A stretch of 63,454 bases of DNA, counting the filler, from Rhabdomonas costata (taxonomy: Eukaryota), in the NCBI GenBank assembly GCA_019059605.1. It is 22 parts of 22 records of this genome, joined end to end, with 100 filler letters (N's around TTAATTAATTAA, not from the genome) between each part and the next. Parts side by side here need not be neighbours in the genome. Positions count along the whole stretch, not along the records: positions 49,140 to 51,923 come from JAHMHO010002076.1; positions 52,024 to 54,805 come from JAHMHO010002077.1; positions 54,906 to 57,689 come from JAHMHO010002078.1; positions 57,790 to 60,572 come from JAHMHO010002079.1; positions 60,673 to 63,454 come from JAHMHO010002080.1; 17 more parts are not named here. The stretch is one strand, 5' to 3'. Shown here in pieces: positions 50,903 through 63,454 of this stretch. Made by a program: the position numbers and the translations under genes. Within the stretch, counting starts at the first letter, position 1. Every line of letters begins with the position of its first letter. The notes below the pieces were generated by a model. That model ran no database searches and was not told the origin of the DNA. It saw only the letters and a list, made by a program, of their open reading frames with translations.

Positions 50903-51656
50903 TTGGGTTTCTCGCAGAACTTCCAGTAGTCCTCCACACTTCTCCACCAGTCTTTTTTTGTACCCCGTCCTCGAAACTCGAGGGGGGTCCACCGAGAGAA
51001 ACAGTGTGCCCACCCGTGACTGCCGCACCAGGGCGGTAAAAACCCTGACAAACTTATCATGAGCTGCGATCATTTCAACCATGAAATACGAGAACACAAA
51101 GAGCTTGGTGTCTGGGGGCACCGCTTTCTGGAAGCTTCGATCGGTCGCATCGGCAACCCGGTACTGTACTTCCACGCTAAACCGCAGCTGACGTAGCTCC
51201 TCCTGAATCACATCCCAGAAGGGCTGCCAGCACTGGCCATCCAGAACAGTGAACCGGACAGCTGCAGGCTGATCTCTGGAGTGCAAATGATCCAGAAGGC
51301 CAATCAAGTCCGACGCAGGTCCACCCCCAACGGAGGTTACTCGCAGAGGATGTCCGGTGCGACTAGCGCAGGTCACATATGCTCTGAGATGTTTCCTGCA
51401 CGCACGAAGGGCTTCTCTGACAATTGCAGCGTGCTTGGGAACCCGCGCCATCAAATAGGCAAGTTGACCTTCTTCGGTATCGTAGCTGAAGTAGGTCCAA
51501 TTGGATACCTCGTCCAAACTGCAAGGAGGTTCTCCTGTGCAGGAGTCTCTGTGAGGGTAAATGTTTGAGAGGGCGGAACTCAGAGGGTCCTTTTTAGAGC
51601 GCTCCAGGACACCAGCTGCCATTCGACGAGCAGAAAAGGCCTGCTCTATGGCTCTC
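50903..51656 (-). CDS. Class I SAM-dependent methyltransferase-like protein (large exon)
   Basis: A 754-nt open exon, preceded by CTAAC..CAG and followed by a GTAACC donor. Motifs: LAYLMAR, LRVTSVGGGPASDLIGL (motif I), FTVLD (motif II), VADATD, KLFVFSYFMVE and GTLFLSVDP. Confidence 0.75.
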
Positions 51657-52064
51657 CTGCCGTTGAGCAGAGAAGCCGGGTTAGTCAGGTTGTGCTTCCT
51701 CGAGGCCAGTCGACGAACAACCCGAAGATAGAGCTGACCGAGGATGCGGTAAAAGAGAAAAAATGAGGAACAGGTTATGCCCGTTTTTGAAAGGGGGGAG
51801 GCTGAATCGTGTTACGTGAACAGTGTCGCTCTCAAAACCTTGGTATTTTGCACGTCCATTCATTCCATGCAAAAAGATGCCGCATGATGAATAGCGTCAC
51901 ATTGCTCGTCGGCCAACACCCCCNNNNNNNNNNNNNNNNNNNNNNNNNNNNNNNNNNNNNNNNNNNNTTAATTAATTAANNNNNNNNNNNNNNNNNNNNN
52001 NNNNNNNNNNNNNNNNNNNNNNNTGTGTTTTTTTGAATCTGAAAGGGAAGAACGGAGTGACTTA

Positions 52065-54489
<2,425 letters not shown>

Positions 54490-55237
54490 CTACAGTTTTT
54501 CCACCACCAAAACCCATGCGACAGTGGAATCAGAACGGGCATACAACACTGTGGACTGCAGTAATATACCACACCAAGCTAGAACCTGACTGCACACAAC
54601 ATCGCCAGCTTCGACTTCCCCTTCCACTTGTTCCACCACCAACCAGTCAGTCCATGATTAGTTCTCAATTAGTTCTCAAGTACCCAAGACTCTCATTTTA
54701 AACAGATCCTCCCCCCAACACAACTCCCCGCTTCAGCTCACTTAAGGGAGCATTGTCGCTAAGTGTCTGGAGAAGTTACCAACCAACACAAAATACACCC
54801 AACACNNNNNNNNNNNNNNNNNNNNNNNNNNNNNNNNNNNNNNNNNNNNTTAATTAATTAANNNNNNNNNNNNNNNNNNNNNNNNNNNNNNNNNNNNNNN
54901 NNNNNTTGGGGTGTGTTGCGTCACCTCTCTTCAAGCGACCTGCTGAACAATGTGCTTCAATGTGATTAGGGAAGCGATAGGTAAATGAAGGGCGTTAATC
55001 TCAGTCCGAGAAATGGTCCCATTTAAGCACCATCGCGATGGCATTACATTTGGCGAGTATTTGAAGCTCTTGAAAATGCACTGGTGCGAATCTGAAAAAT
55101 GAGAGAGAGAGGTTTGATGGCTTTGTTTCACGGCCCCACGATTGCTGCGGGCAAAGTCGGAAGGAAGGTCCCGGGCAAAGTCGCGGGTGGATGGGTGGGT
55201 GGGGAGGTTGCACACCATCTGGAAGCACCGTGCTGAC

Positions 55238-56428
55238 CTTTTGCCTGCACAAGTACTTGGTGCCAATTGTGGCAATGCCGGAGTTCCTGTGAAAAAGACG
55301 CGTACCAGCAATGATGCCACGCTTCCCGCTCTAATTTCTAATTTCTCCATTGACCTAACAATGCTACGGAGATACTCCCCGCCACTCGTATCCTCTGCAT
55401 TCTCCAGCGTACCTGGCGTTTGCACACGACAGAACGGACAGGCGGAAGGGTGTCGAATGCAGAGTCAAAGACCATTTCAGACTGGAGGCCAGCGTTCTGG
55501 AAGTGTTTTTTATGACACACATTTCAATGGCGACTATCAGCTGAGGGTTTTCAATTGCTCGAATCTTCCGTTTGATCGTTGCCTTTCAATCCCGCGACCA
55601 CATAAACGAAGATTCCTCAGCGACGTACAATATCATGAGATTCAAAACGTGAGGCAGCAACACAGCGTCCTAAACGGGTCTTTATATTTCAGTAGATTTC
55701 GAAACAATTTCGTCGAAGTAGAGTGCGGCCAGAATGAGGAAAGAGAAATGTGATGAGACATTGAGTAAAACGACTGTTGAGTTAGGCACTATCGGAGAGG
55801 AGGCGAGCGGGGACATTTTTTCCGTTTTTTTTCATTACCCATCGAGCCTCCGTCCCACAAAAAAGGTCCGACCGAATGGGAATCTCGTCGATTTTCAGGG
55901 AGTCGTCCTCCAGGAAAACTGTCAGGACGAAATGCCGGGAGTCATCCTCAATGACGGACCGAGAGTCCTTCATCATCCGCTGCGCACACAAAAGGGCGTC
56001 CATTGCGTGTGAATCCACAGAAGCAAAGGAAACAAAAAGGACTCCACGTGACCCAAACACACGCAAGGGACCAGGGCAAGAGAGCTCGTCTCAATGACAG
56101 CTGACTTTTCTGTGAGCAGGGTGAAGGCACCCGGCTGAACCAAAACACCTCCTGAAATAACCAGATGCACTCATTTGCATTCACATTCATTGCACACTGA
56201 AAAGCCCTTGCCCTCACGACGATGCGCACTTGCAAAAGGGCAAATTGCATCCTCTCTTCCCGCGCTCACACAAGCACACGCACAGAGGACCAGGCAGAAT
56301 CGCAGCACTTGGCCCCCGCTCTTCAGCCATCGCTCGTGGTCCCGGGGCAGGGTGGGGCGCAGCAGGAGGTTCCGCCAGTTCTGAAGGCTGTCCTCCTCCG
56401 TGCCAAACCCGTCATGGGGTGGGGGCCG
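55238..56428 (-). CDS. EFHC1/EFHC2/Rib72-family DM10-domain axonemal protein (internal exons)
   Basis: Exons 56428-56291, 55979-55873 and 55286-55238 give PPPHDGFGTEEDSLQN..GQVLRFCL-RM..EDDSRHFVLTVFLEDDSLKIDEIPIR-NSGIATIGTKYLCRQK. This matches the PPYNGFGxxEDSL / KVLRF / RRFhhxxFLxDD / RNSG pattern of the third DM10 repeat. Confidence 0.9.
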
Positions 56429-56476
56429 CTGCCACCACAACCCAAGCAGAAGTTGCACCACACAGAGCCGCCCAAT

Positions 56477-56746
56477 GGAATTTGGGAGGGGGCGGGAGTG
56501 GTAACGGTTACCATTGGTAACAGAAAACTGGCTTCACACCTTTGCTAAATTACCTTGTACACGTTGACGTAAAACATGCCAGTATTCTCGAAATGACTTT
56601 ATTTTGTGCAGGGGGGTTAGGTAAACTTTGCCAGTGCCCCCAGATGGCGGCTGGGGTGAAAGGTGACCTGGGGGGCGTTTAAAGATTTTTAAAACACGCT
56701 TCCATAGAAATATTGTTTCCACTGGTAACCATTACCACTCCACCCT
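56477..56746. mobile_element. Candidate MITE-like element with ~40-bp imperfect terminal inverted repeats
   Basis: The left arm GGAATTTGGGAGGGGGCGGGAGTGGTAACGGTTACCATTGGTAACA matches the reverse complement of the right arm, GGAAGTTGGGAGGGTGGAGTGGTAATGGTTACCAGTGGAAACA. The interior is non-coding and lies just upstream of the EFHC exon at 56428. Confidence 0.55.
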
Positions 56747-57409
56747 CCCAACTTCCGCTGCTCCCACAGAGCTGTCAGGTTACGATGTCCTCTGCCCTGT
56801 TCCAAGGTTGCCCTTCTGTTATAGAGGTATCGGGTGCATAAACTGTGCAAAAGTGAGGTGTCTTCCCATTGGTCTGGTTCACAGATGGTGAAAGAAGGAA
56901 GGGCACATCATCTCCTTTGTTTGTGGGGGGATCCTTTCGTAAGCAAACCAAAGTAACACATTCTACACACTCTAACAGACTCTTGACCAGAAAGAGAAAA
57001 AGAGAATCGAAAAATGGCTGCGGACCGCGCGAGGAATTTTCGGGGGCTTCAAATTGTACTTCTCGTCAGGATCGACCCCGGTGGCTTGCACCACACCGTA
57101 CTGCTCGGCACAAAACTCCCTGTACAATTGGCGCGTCAAGGCTTTCTTTGATTTCCTCCGTGTGCGTTTGTGTGAGAGAGCGAGGGAGAGTGTATAGTGT
57201 ACTGTGACTGGGAGGTGCACTGGGCCGACTGCATGCATGTTTTGGTGCCGTGCCGTACCCTCCCTCGGCGTTGCTTTGTTCCAATCAGTGCTCCAAAATC
57301 TGCCACGAGCTTGAGCTCGGCCACGTTCCGTGTGTATGCGTGCGAGTGAAAGCATGTGGGAGCGTGGGGAAGCGCTGCCACAAAGATTAAGGTATTGGTG
57401 GAACGGGGC

Positions 57410-57493
<84 letters not shown>
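57410..57493 (+). repeat. (AAT)28 microsatellite
   Basis: Seen directly. It explains the poly-N, poly-I and poly-L ORFs in the track. Confidence 0.98.
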
Positions 57494-57494
<1 letters not shown>

Positions 57495-58063
57495 GGTCAC
57501 AGAAACAGGCAGGTTTGCGGTACTGGTCCAGCAACGCAGCAACGGAGAGGTTGCGCCACTCCACTGAGTTCAGCAAAGGTTAACCACCCTTCCACCATTG
57601 AGCACCACCTTCACACTTCACGCACCCCCCCCCACACACTGCAGGCAATCCTGTGAGTCCTGGTGAGGGAACAGCGCCGGAGATAGCAGNNNNNNNNNNN
57701 NNNNNNNNNNNNNNNNNNNNNNNNNNNNNNNNNTTAATTAATTAANNNNNNNNNNNNNNNNNNNNNNNNNNNNNNNNNNNNNNNNNNNNGAATGCGGTCG
57801 TTACCATTTTGTGTGTATTGTGTCGAAGCGACGGCGGTCAAGTCCCTTTCAAGGTGAAGCATGGCGCGCGGTCGGGGAGTTGGGCGAACGAAGACAGTGG
57901 TTACGTCCCATTAGAGGAGTTTGAGAAGCGACCGAGAGTGTGTGACCAAGAGGCCACAGGCTTGGGCAGCTGCGCGGAGTTGAGGCCAGGTCGGGCCAGC
58001 GGCGAAAACCAGGCCCACCATGGAGAAAAACGTCTACTCAATTAGGTGATTTGACAGCGCTCA

Positions 58064-59025
58064 CAAAGCGAAAGATTTGTCTGGAGGTACTACGGAGTGG
58101 AGCAGATCGAGAGAGCTACGCTCGGAAGTGGCAAGATCCACGTAATTGGTCCGGGCCCGCCGTGCCAAAGCCAGATTACGCGGTGTGATAAACTGGTGAA
58201 CCCAGTTGGTAAGGGGAACCGAGCGTCGGTCGAGATCCAAGGGCGGGCAAAAACGCCCTAGACAGCACCGGAAGCCCGCAGCAAATGACTCCCAGCCGCC
58301 GAAGGGAGATCCACGAAGCCACAGAGCATGTCCCAACGCTAAACCAATCCCTGTGTTGGGGGTATTAGCGCTGGAGAGGAAGTTCCCCTCTCGAAAAGGT
58401 CGCAAAGGGCAAGACGGCAGAAGGCACCAGCCTCACCTCGCCCCGTGCGCGGCCGCTGGGACAGGTCAAACTCCAGGGCGATTCGAACCAGACCCGCCCT
58501 TTCAGCCGCCTGGAATGCCGGCCAAGACTTACACGCACCCACCTTGGAGGACGTGAGGGCAGGCGCCTCAAAAGGGCGGCCGGTCACCGTCAAAGCCACC
58601 ACAGTCTTCTTCAAGGGCAGGAATCTTTCCTACCAGGTGGCGGCGGAACGTAGTAGGCGGACAATGGTTAACCCCGCAGAGCCTACGGCCGAGCTCAGCC
58701 CGATTGCCGTGACTTAGTCCACCGTCAAGGCGGAATCAGCCGCCGCAGAAAAGCTGAAACAACTCGAAGAGCGATCCGGGGTAAAGCAACGGACCTTCAC
58801 CGTCACCACCCCTCCCGCGGCATTTCAGTTGTGACTCCCCGGCCACGCGCCCGCGTAGGCGTTTTAGGGGGGAGGACACCGTCCCGTAAATATTGACTCA
58901 AAAAGAAAACGGGGACAACGCCAAAGCGAAAGATTTGTCTGGAGGTACCGCGGAGGCGGAGCGGATCGACGGAGCTACGCCTGGAAGTGGCAAGATCCAC
59001 GTAATTGGTCCGGGCCCGCCGTGCC
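58064..59025 (+). repeat. Dispersed ~103-bp direct repeat (58064-58166 and 58922-59025)
   Basis: Both copies read CAAAGCGAAAGATTTGTCTGGAGGTAC...GGAAGTGGCAAGATCCACGTAATTGGTCCGGGCCCGCCGTGCC, with a few substitutions and a 1-nt indel in the middle. Confidence 0.92.
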
Positions 59026-62000
59026 GTTTGAAAGGAACCACCCGAATCAAAAAGGGCGGCGTAATGTCATTTCCTCGCTTCGCGGCTTCTTCGCCTCAAA
59101 CGTCTTTTCGTTCTGGGTCCGCAAAATGCGGAACGGTGCTGAGGACCAACCGGTACAGAAGGTCTTTTCGTTTTTGGGCAGCAGTTCGGCTTAGTCCCGC
59201 ATGTCCAGCGTGACGCGGCCCGAAGCGTGAAGAGGCGAACCACGGAGACCTTCAATGTGGCGCCTAAGCCCTGCAGGAACTTGCGGCTGCAGCGCGCAAA
59301 TGCCCAATTTTTCTCGGAGGCGTGCTACCATCCAGGCAGAGCCAAAACTGAATCACAACATAATTCTTTGGGAAGGTTGTGGACAAACAGGCGTGCTTCA
59401 TGGCGGCCTCACGCAACGCCGTGGGCACAAGGTCACCGTACCGGTGAATATTGACTCAAAAGACCTCATGACTTCCCATGCATGGGACCTTTCCTCCACT
59501 ACTAACCCTTGGCTGTTGCTTCACGTTTCTGGCATCGATGCTCCACCCTTCCTCTTCCGTTCTCTTAAGGTTGTTTAGTACTACAAATGTCATTGAGTGC
59601 TTCTGGTCTTCTCCCGGGCGGCCGACTGAAAATTACAAAGGTCTTGTTGTTGCCTAACGGTAACTGAACACGCGCGACCCGTTCAATGTCCCCGGCTGGC
59701 TGAAACACCACATAATTTGGAACCGTGATATCAAAGCAACATGGCAAGAAGAACAAGGAGCACACAATGCAGCATTGGTCCATCCAAGGCCTCTGCAAAA
59801 GTCATTCACACTGACCGCACAAATGTCCCATGAGGACGAGGAACATCGAGCTGAATTTGGGTTGGGCTGCTCAGAGCTGCATCAAAGGTGTACCGAGTCA
59901 GTCGGACTGTGGCATTTGGGCCATCCTATGGATATCACCCACCAACCCGCTCCATCTTCCTTGCCAGGGTTGGGGGAGCGTAATGTACTCATGCACTTTG
60001 GTCGGCACAAGTACTCCGAATACTCCAAGATTAACCGGACACTGTGCAGAGCCCCGGTATCTTTGCACTAATGCAGCATTCTGCTAAACACGTCCCCTGA
60101 AGCTTCCATGTTCAAGTTTGACCGTTTCAATGGTTGTAGAACCGGAATTATACGAATCATCCTTAAAGGTCCAGTGGCAACCGTGAAACCGTGGCCCATG
60201 TCAAAGCCGAAATGACGGGACGCACGGGGTTGGACACAAGGCTGCAGTCAATTAGAGAAAGGAGACCTAACTATGTGTCCCGGAAAAGAACGCTTGAGCT
60301 CCTTTCGGCGCCAAAGTAACCAATCGGGAAATAAAACACACCCCCTTTTCTCGGTTGATTAAACCTTCAGCCGGAAAGAAAAAGGCACCCATTCTCGCAA
60401 AATAAAAAACGACCTCCAAAGCAGTGTATGCGACCCGATTCAGGGCAAACGCGGTGGCTGCAAAGCCTCCAAGTGGGCAGGCAACGGCGCCGGTCGTAGC
60501 TCCGCTGAGTAAAAGCCAGTCCACCCACACACGGCGCGCCCCGGCCATGGTCACCCCCTTTCGCTGGAGGTCNNNNNNNNNNNNNNNNNNNNNNNNNNNN
60601 NNNNNNNNNNNNNNNNTTAATTAATTAANNNNNNNNNNNNNNNNNNNNNNNNNNNNNNNNNNNNNNNNNNNNTGTTTTGTGTCTGTGTTTGTCATTAATA
60701 TATAACGGGGGGGGGTCTGAGTGAGAGACATTACGTTAGGAGTTCTCACGTGAGCCAAACAATGGTGAAAGCGGGGCACCGCGATGTCTTCATACAGTTT
60801 CATTATAAGGTTTGGGGGTGAGTTTGAAAAGGTACTTTGACGACCAGGAAACTACTCCAAAGTCCGTAGTGGGATAAAAGTGGGAAGTAATACCCCCCAA
60901 CTACCCTCTCCGTCAAACTTGGCGGAGCAGTTTCCGCGCAGTGATGATATTGGTGGTGAGATTATGCACATCGCCGCTGCTTCATCAGGGACTGGGGGAA
61001 GCCCTACAAACGCCGCCAACGCACCACCAACCAATCCGAATACTGAAGAAAACTGATCCGAGCATTGTTGCTTCAGCTTTTGCTGTGAACCCATTGTGAA
61101 TGCGCGAAGAGCGAATGCGTTCAAATGGAGCCTACCAACCCCCACGGTTCAAAAACACCGAGAAGGGGAAACGTCGGAGGCTGTGCCGATGTTCACCGTT
61201 CCCATTCATCAGTGTCCTTTCCAAACCAAAGTAATCGTTGCACTTCTATAGCAATACACTCATAGATGCCACAGTTCTATTTTTGACAATGCGGCCCTGG
61301 AGCCGATCTATCCTAGCACGACACACTGTACAACATAAACAAAAAGCAGAGGCAGGCAAGCAGGCAAGCAAACAACCGAAGCTAAAAAAAAGGGTCGGGC
61401 CAAAGGACCGCCAGGCACTCGGCAAATAATAGTCAAAGGTGAGGTGGAAAAGGTTCTATTTGAATGCACCCATCGTTGCCATTACCACCGCTGCAGCCCT
61501 TTTCAGGAACACAGCAACCGTCTGGAAAGATCACCGCGGGCTGAAAACAAAGCATACCATGGAAGAAGATGGCACCTCACCATGATGGCACTCCTTATTT
61601 TTTCATCTCAATTGTTCCCCATTCACCAGTTAGTGTCTTATAGAGGTCAGTTCAGTCAGGCACTGTAAGACCATATGGCCGCGGCAGCCTAAGCGAAAAT
61701 TAGCCGCAATGCGGTGAAAGCCACAGCACAGGCACGAGATGATTATTTTTAGTGTTCGTTGCCTGAGCTCCTGATGCTGGGGCGTGGGTGTGGGGCTCAG
61801 GTTCGGTGTGAAGAGAAGAAAACGGCAAAAGGAGAGCGGGGCAGGACAACTTGGAACAGGTTCGTCAGCAGGTTGTGCGCATGTGTGGCGTGCAAGTGAG
61901 GACAGAAGATACGCAAGGAAGGGGAAAGAGGCGTACAATGTTGCTGCGCAGCCACCAGCTCGCTCTGGCTACGACTCTGGCTGCTGCTCTCGCTGTTGCA

Positions 62001-62712
62001 CTTGTGACTCCAGAGTGGGTGAGACCGCCGGTGGCGATTCTGTAGAAAAAAGAGCAGATTAAGAAACTCGCTCAATCACCCTGCTCACAGAAAAACAAAG
62101 CAGCGAAATCCCAATAATAGGGTAGTATAGGTAGTATTGGAGTAATAACCCCGAGATGATCCCTCCACCAGCGTATGTCAAAAAGCGGTCTTTCTTGGGG
62201 CACGGGTCGGATGAATGGACGGGAGGGTTTCCTCTCGACAAAGCATTGCAGCTCTTCTTAGGCCAACGGAGAAGTTCGAATGGCAATCGGAGGTACCGCC
62301 CAGGACAAAACGAGAAAAATAAACCTGGGGGAGGGAAGAGTCTCTGGTGAACATGATCACTGGCCACAGCCGGAAAAGAGGGCAAGGGAACCAGAGCCAC
62401 CGGTGTGCTGTCCTGCAAGAGCACACTCAGAAATTCGCACATTGCAGAAAACCAAAAAACGAGAGAGGGCAAACAATGAGAGCAACTGGCCCCCGTGACC
62501 TTAAAAATGAGGATGATCGACCTTCAATTGATCAAGAAAATAACTCCCATCACACACAATACTGATCCTTCACCAGTCAGTTTCCATCAACAGGTCAGAA
62601 TAAAAAAACAACAACAAGGGTCCAGAAAGAGATTTTCCATCTTCCATTGCCCCTGCACAGCCATACAGCCAAACAGCCACCGGCCAAGCACAGAGTAAGC
62701 AGCGAGGCGCAC

Positions 62713-63245
62713 CCGGCGACGGTTCTTGCTGTGGGTGCGGGTGGCGAATGTCTTCCAGTGCTCCGTCTCCTCCTTCGAGAGGCCTATCCAGGACTCGTCT
62801 GCACACCACATCCCTTTTTTCTTTTTCCTTCTCTCCCCTGTAGTATGTCAGTACAATCGCTGTCCACCTTTGCTGTCTCACCAGCCTGTCACCCTTTCTG
62901 CCCCATTCCCTCTTTGATCGGTGCACAGTGCCCTTGGACTCACTGCATGAAGAGAATTCTTATCAAAATTTGTGGACTGATTTTCTTTCTCCCTGTTTTT
63001 TTTTTTAAATTACATGGCCTGAAACAGGTCAAAAAGACGAGAAAACGGCACAGCAGACTTTGGAAGAATAAGTTCCACAGTCAGCATGATGCACACACAG
63101 ACACCAGGTATGCATGGAATGAGGTAAGGTGCGGAGGGAACATGCCATAGGACTTTAGCCGCTCCCGAGAGCCCAGCTTGAGCTGGGAGCGAACGAAGCG
63201 CAGGTTCTCCCGGATAAAGGCGTTGTACCCGCTCAGCCGCTTCCC
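62713..63245 (-). CDS. HMG-box protein (two exons forming the box)
   Basis: Exons 63245-63146 and 62798-62713 give GKRLSGYNAFIRENLRFVRSQLKLGSRERLKSY-DESWIGLSKEETEHWKTFATRTH. This fits the HMG-box pattern KRxxSxYxxFxxE..WxxLSxEExxxW. Confidence 0.8.
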
Positions 63246-63454
63246 CTTCCACAAAAAGACGAAAACCAAGAAAGCCAAACTTTGATGACGCGCAGGGTCG
63301 CGTCGAGGACAAAGGAAAAAAGAAAAAAGGGCCACAGGAAACTGCAAACCGCACCACACGTGCAGACACACGTTAACGAAACCCATAATCCGGACAAGAG
63401 AGTGCGAGACCAAATTATGCCTACGATCGCACAAGTACCTACAATCCCACCAAG

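Noticed and set aside
57136-57656. ORFs with poly-Leu, poly-Ile and poly-Asn
   Set aside because: These are translations of the (AAT)28 microsatellite.

Overview
This window is not contiguous DNA. It is 22 unrelated contigs of about 2.78-2.86 kb, joined by 100-bp N/TTAATTAATTAA/N linkers, so no gene neighbourhood can be inferred across a linker. The DNA is eukaryotic nuclear sequence rich in spliceosomal introns, from a flagellate protist (an EFHC/DM10 axonemal gene and short TTAGGG tracts are present). The relaxed GT[G/A/C/T]YG-type donors suggest a euglenid-like organism, but this is inference only. Most six-frame ORFs are spurious; real genes had to be rebuilt exon by exon. Recognisable genes: CWC27 cyclophilin, RPB9, long-chain acyl-CoA synthetase, EFHC/Rib72 DM10 protein, an mS41/Fyv4-like IGR protein, EF-hand, KH+RS, HMG-box and PH proteins, a class I methyltransferase-like protein, a secreted metallophosphoesterase-like protein, a WW protein and a DsrE/F-like protein. 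There is also a decayed RTE-like LINE, a CRE-like RT fragment and several intronless decayed contigs. The most interesting points are an intron-containing DsrE/F-like gene, a high rate of GC(A) splice donors, an RPB9 5' end that cannot be spliced normally, a possible biotin-carboxylase-C + WW fusion, a 56-bp perfect inverted repeat at a contig end, and a consistent G/T-start, A/C-end polarity of the contigs. I found no multi-gene novel system that the sequence can support.
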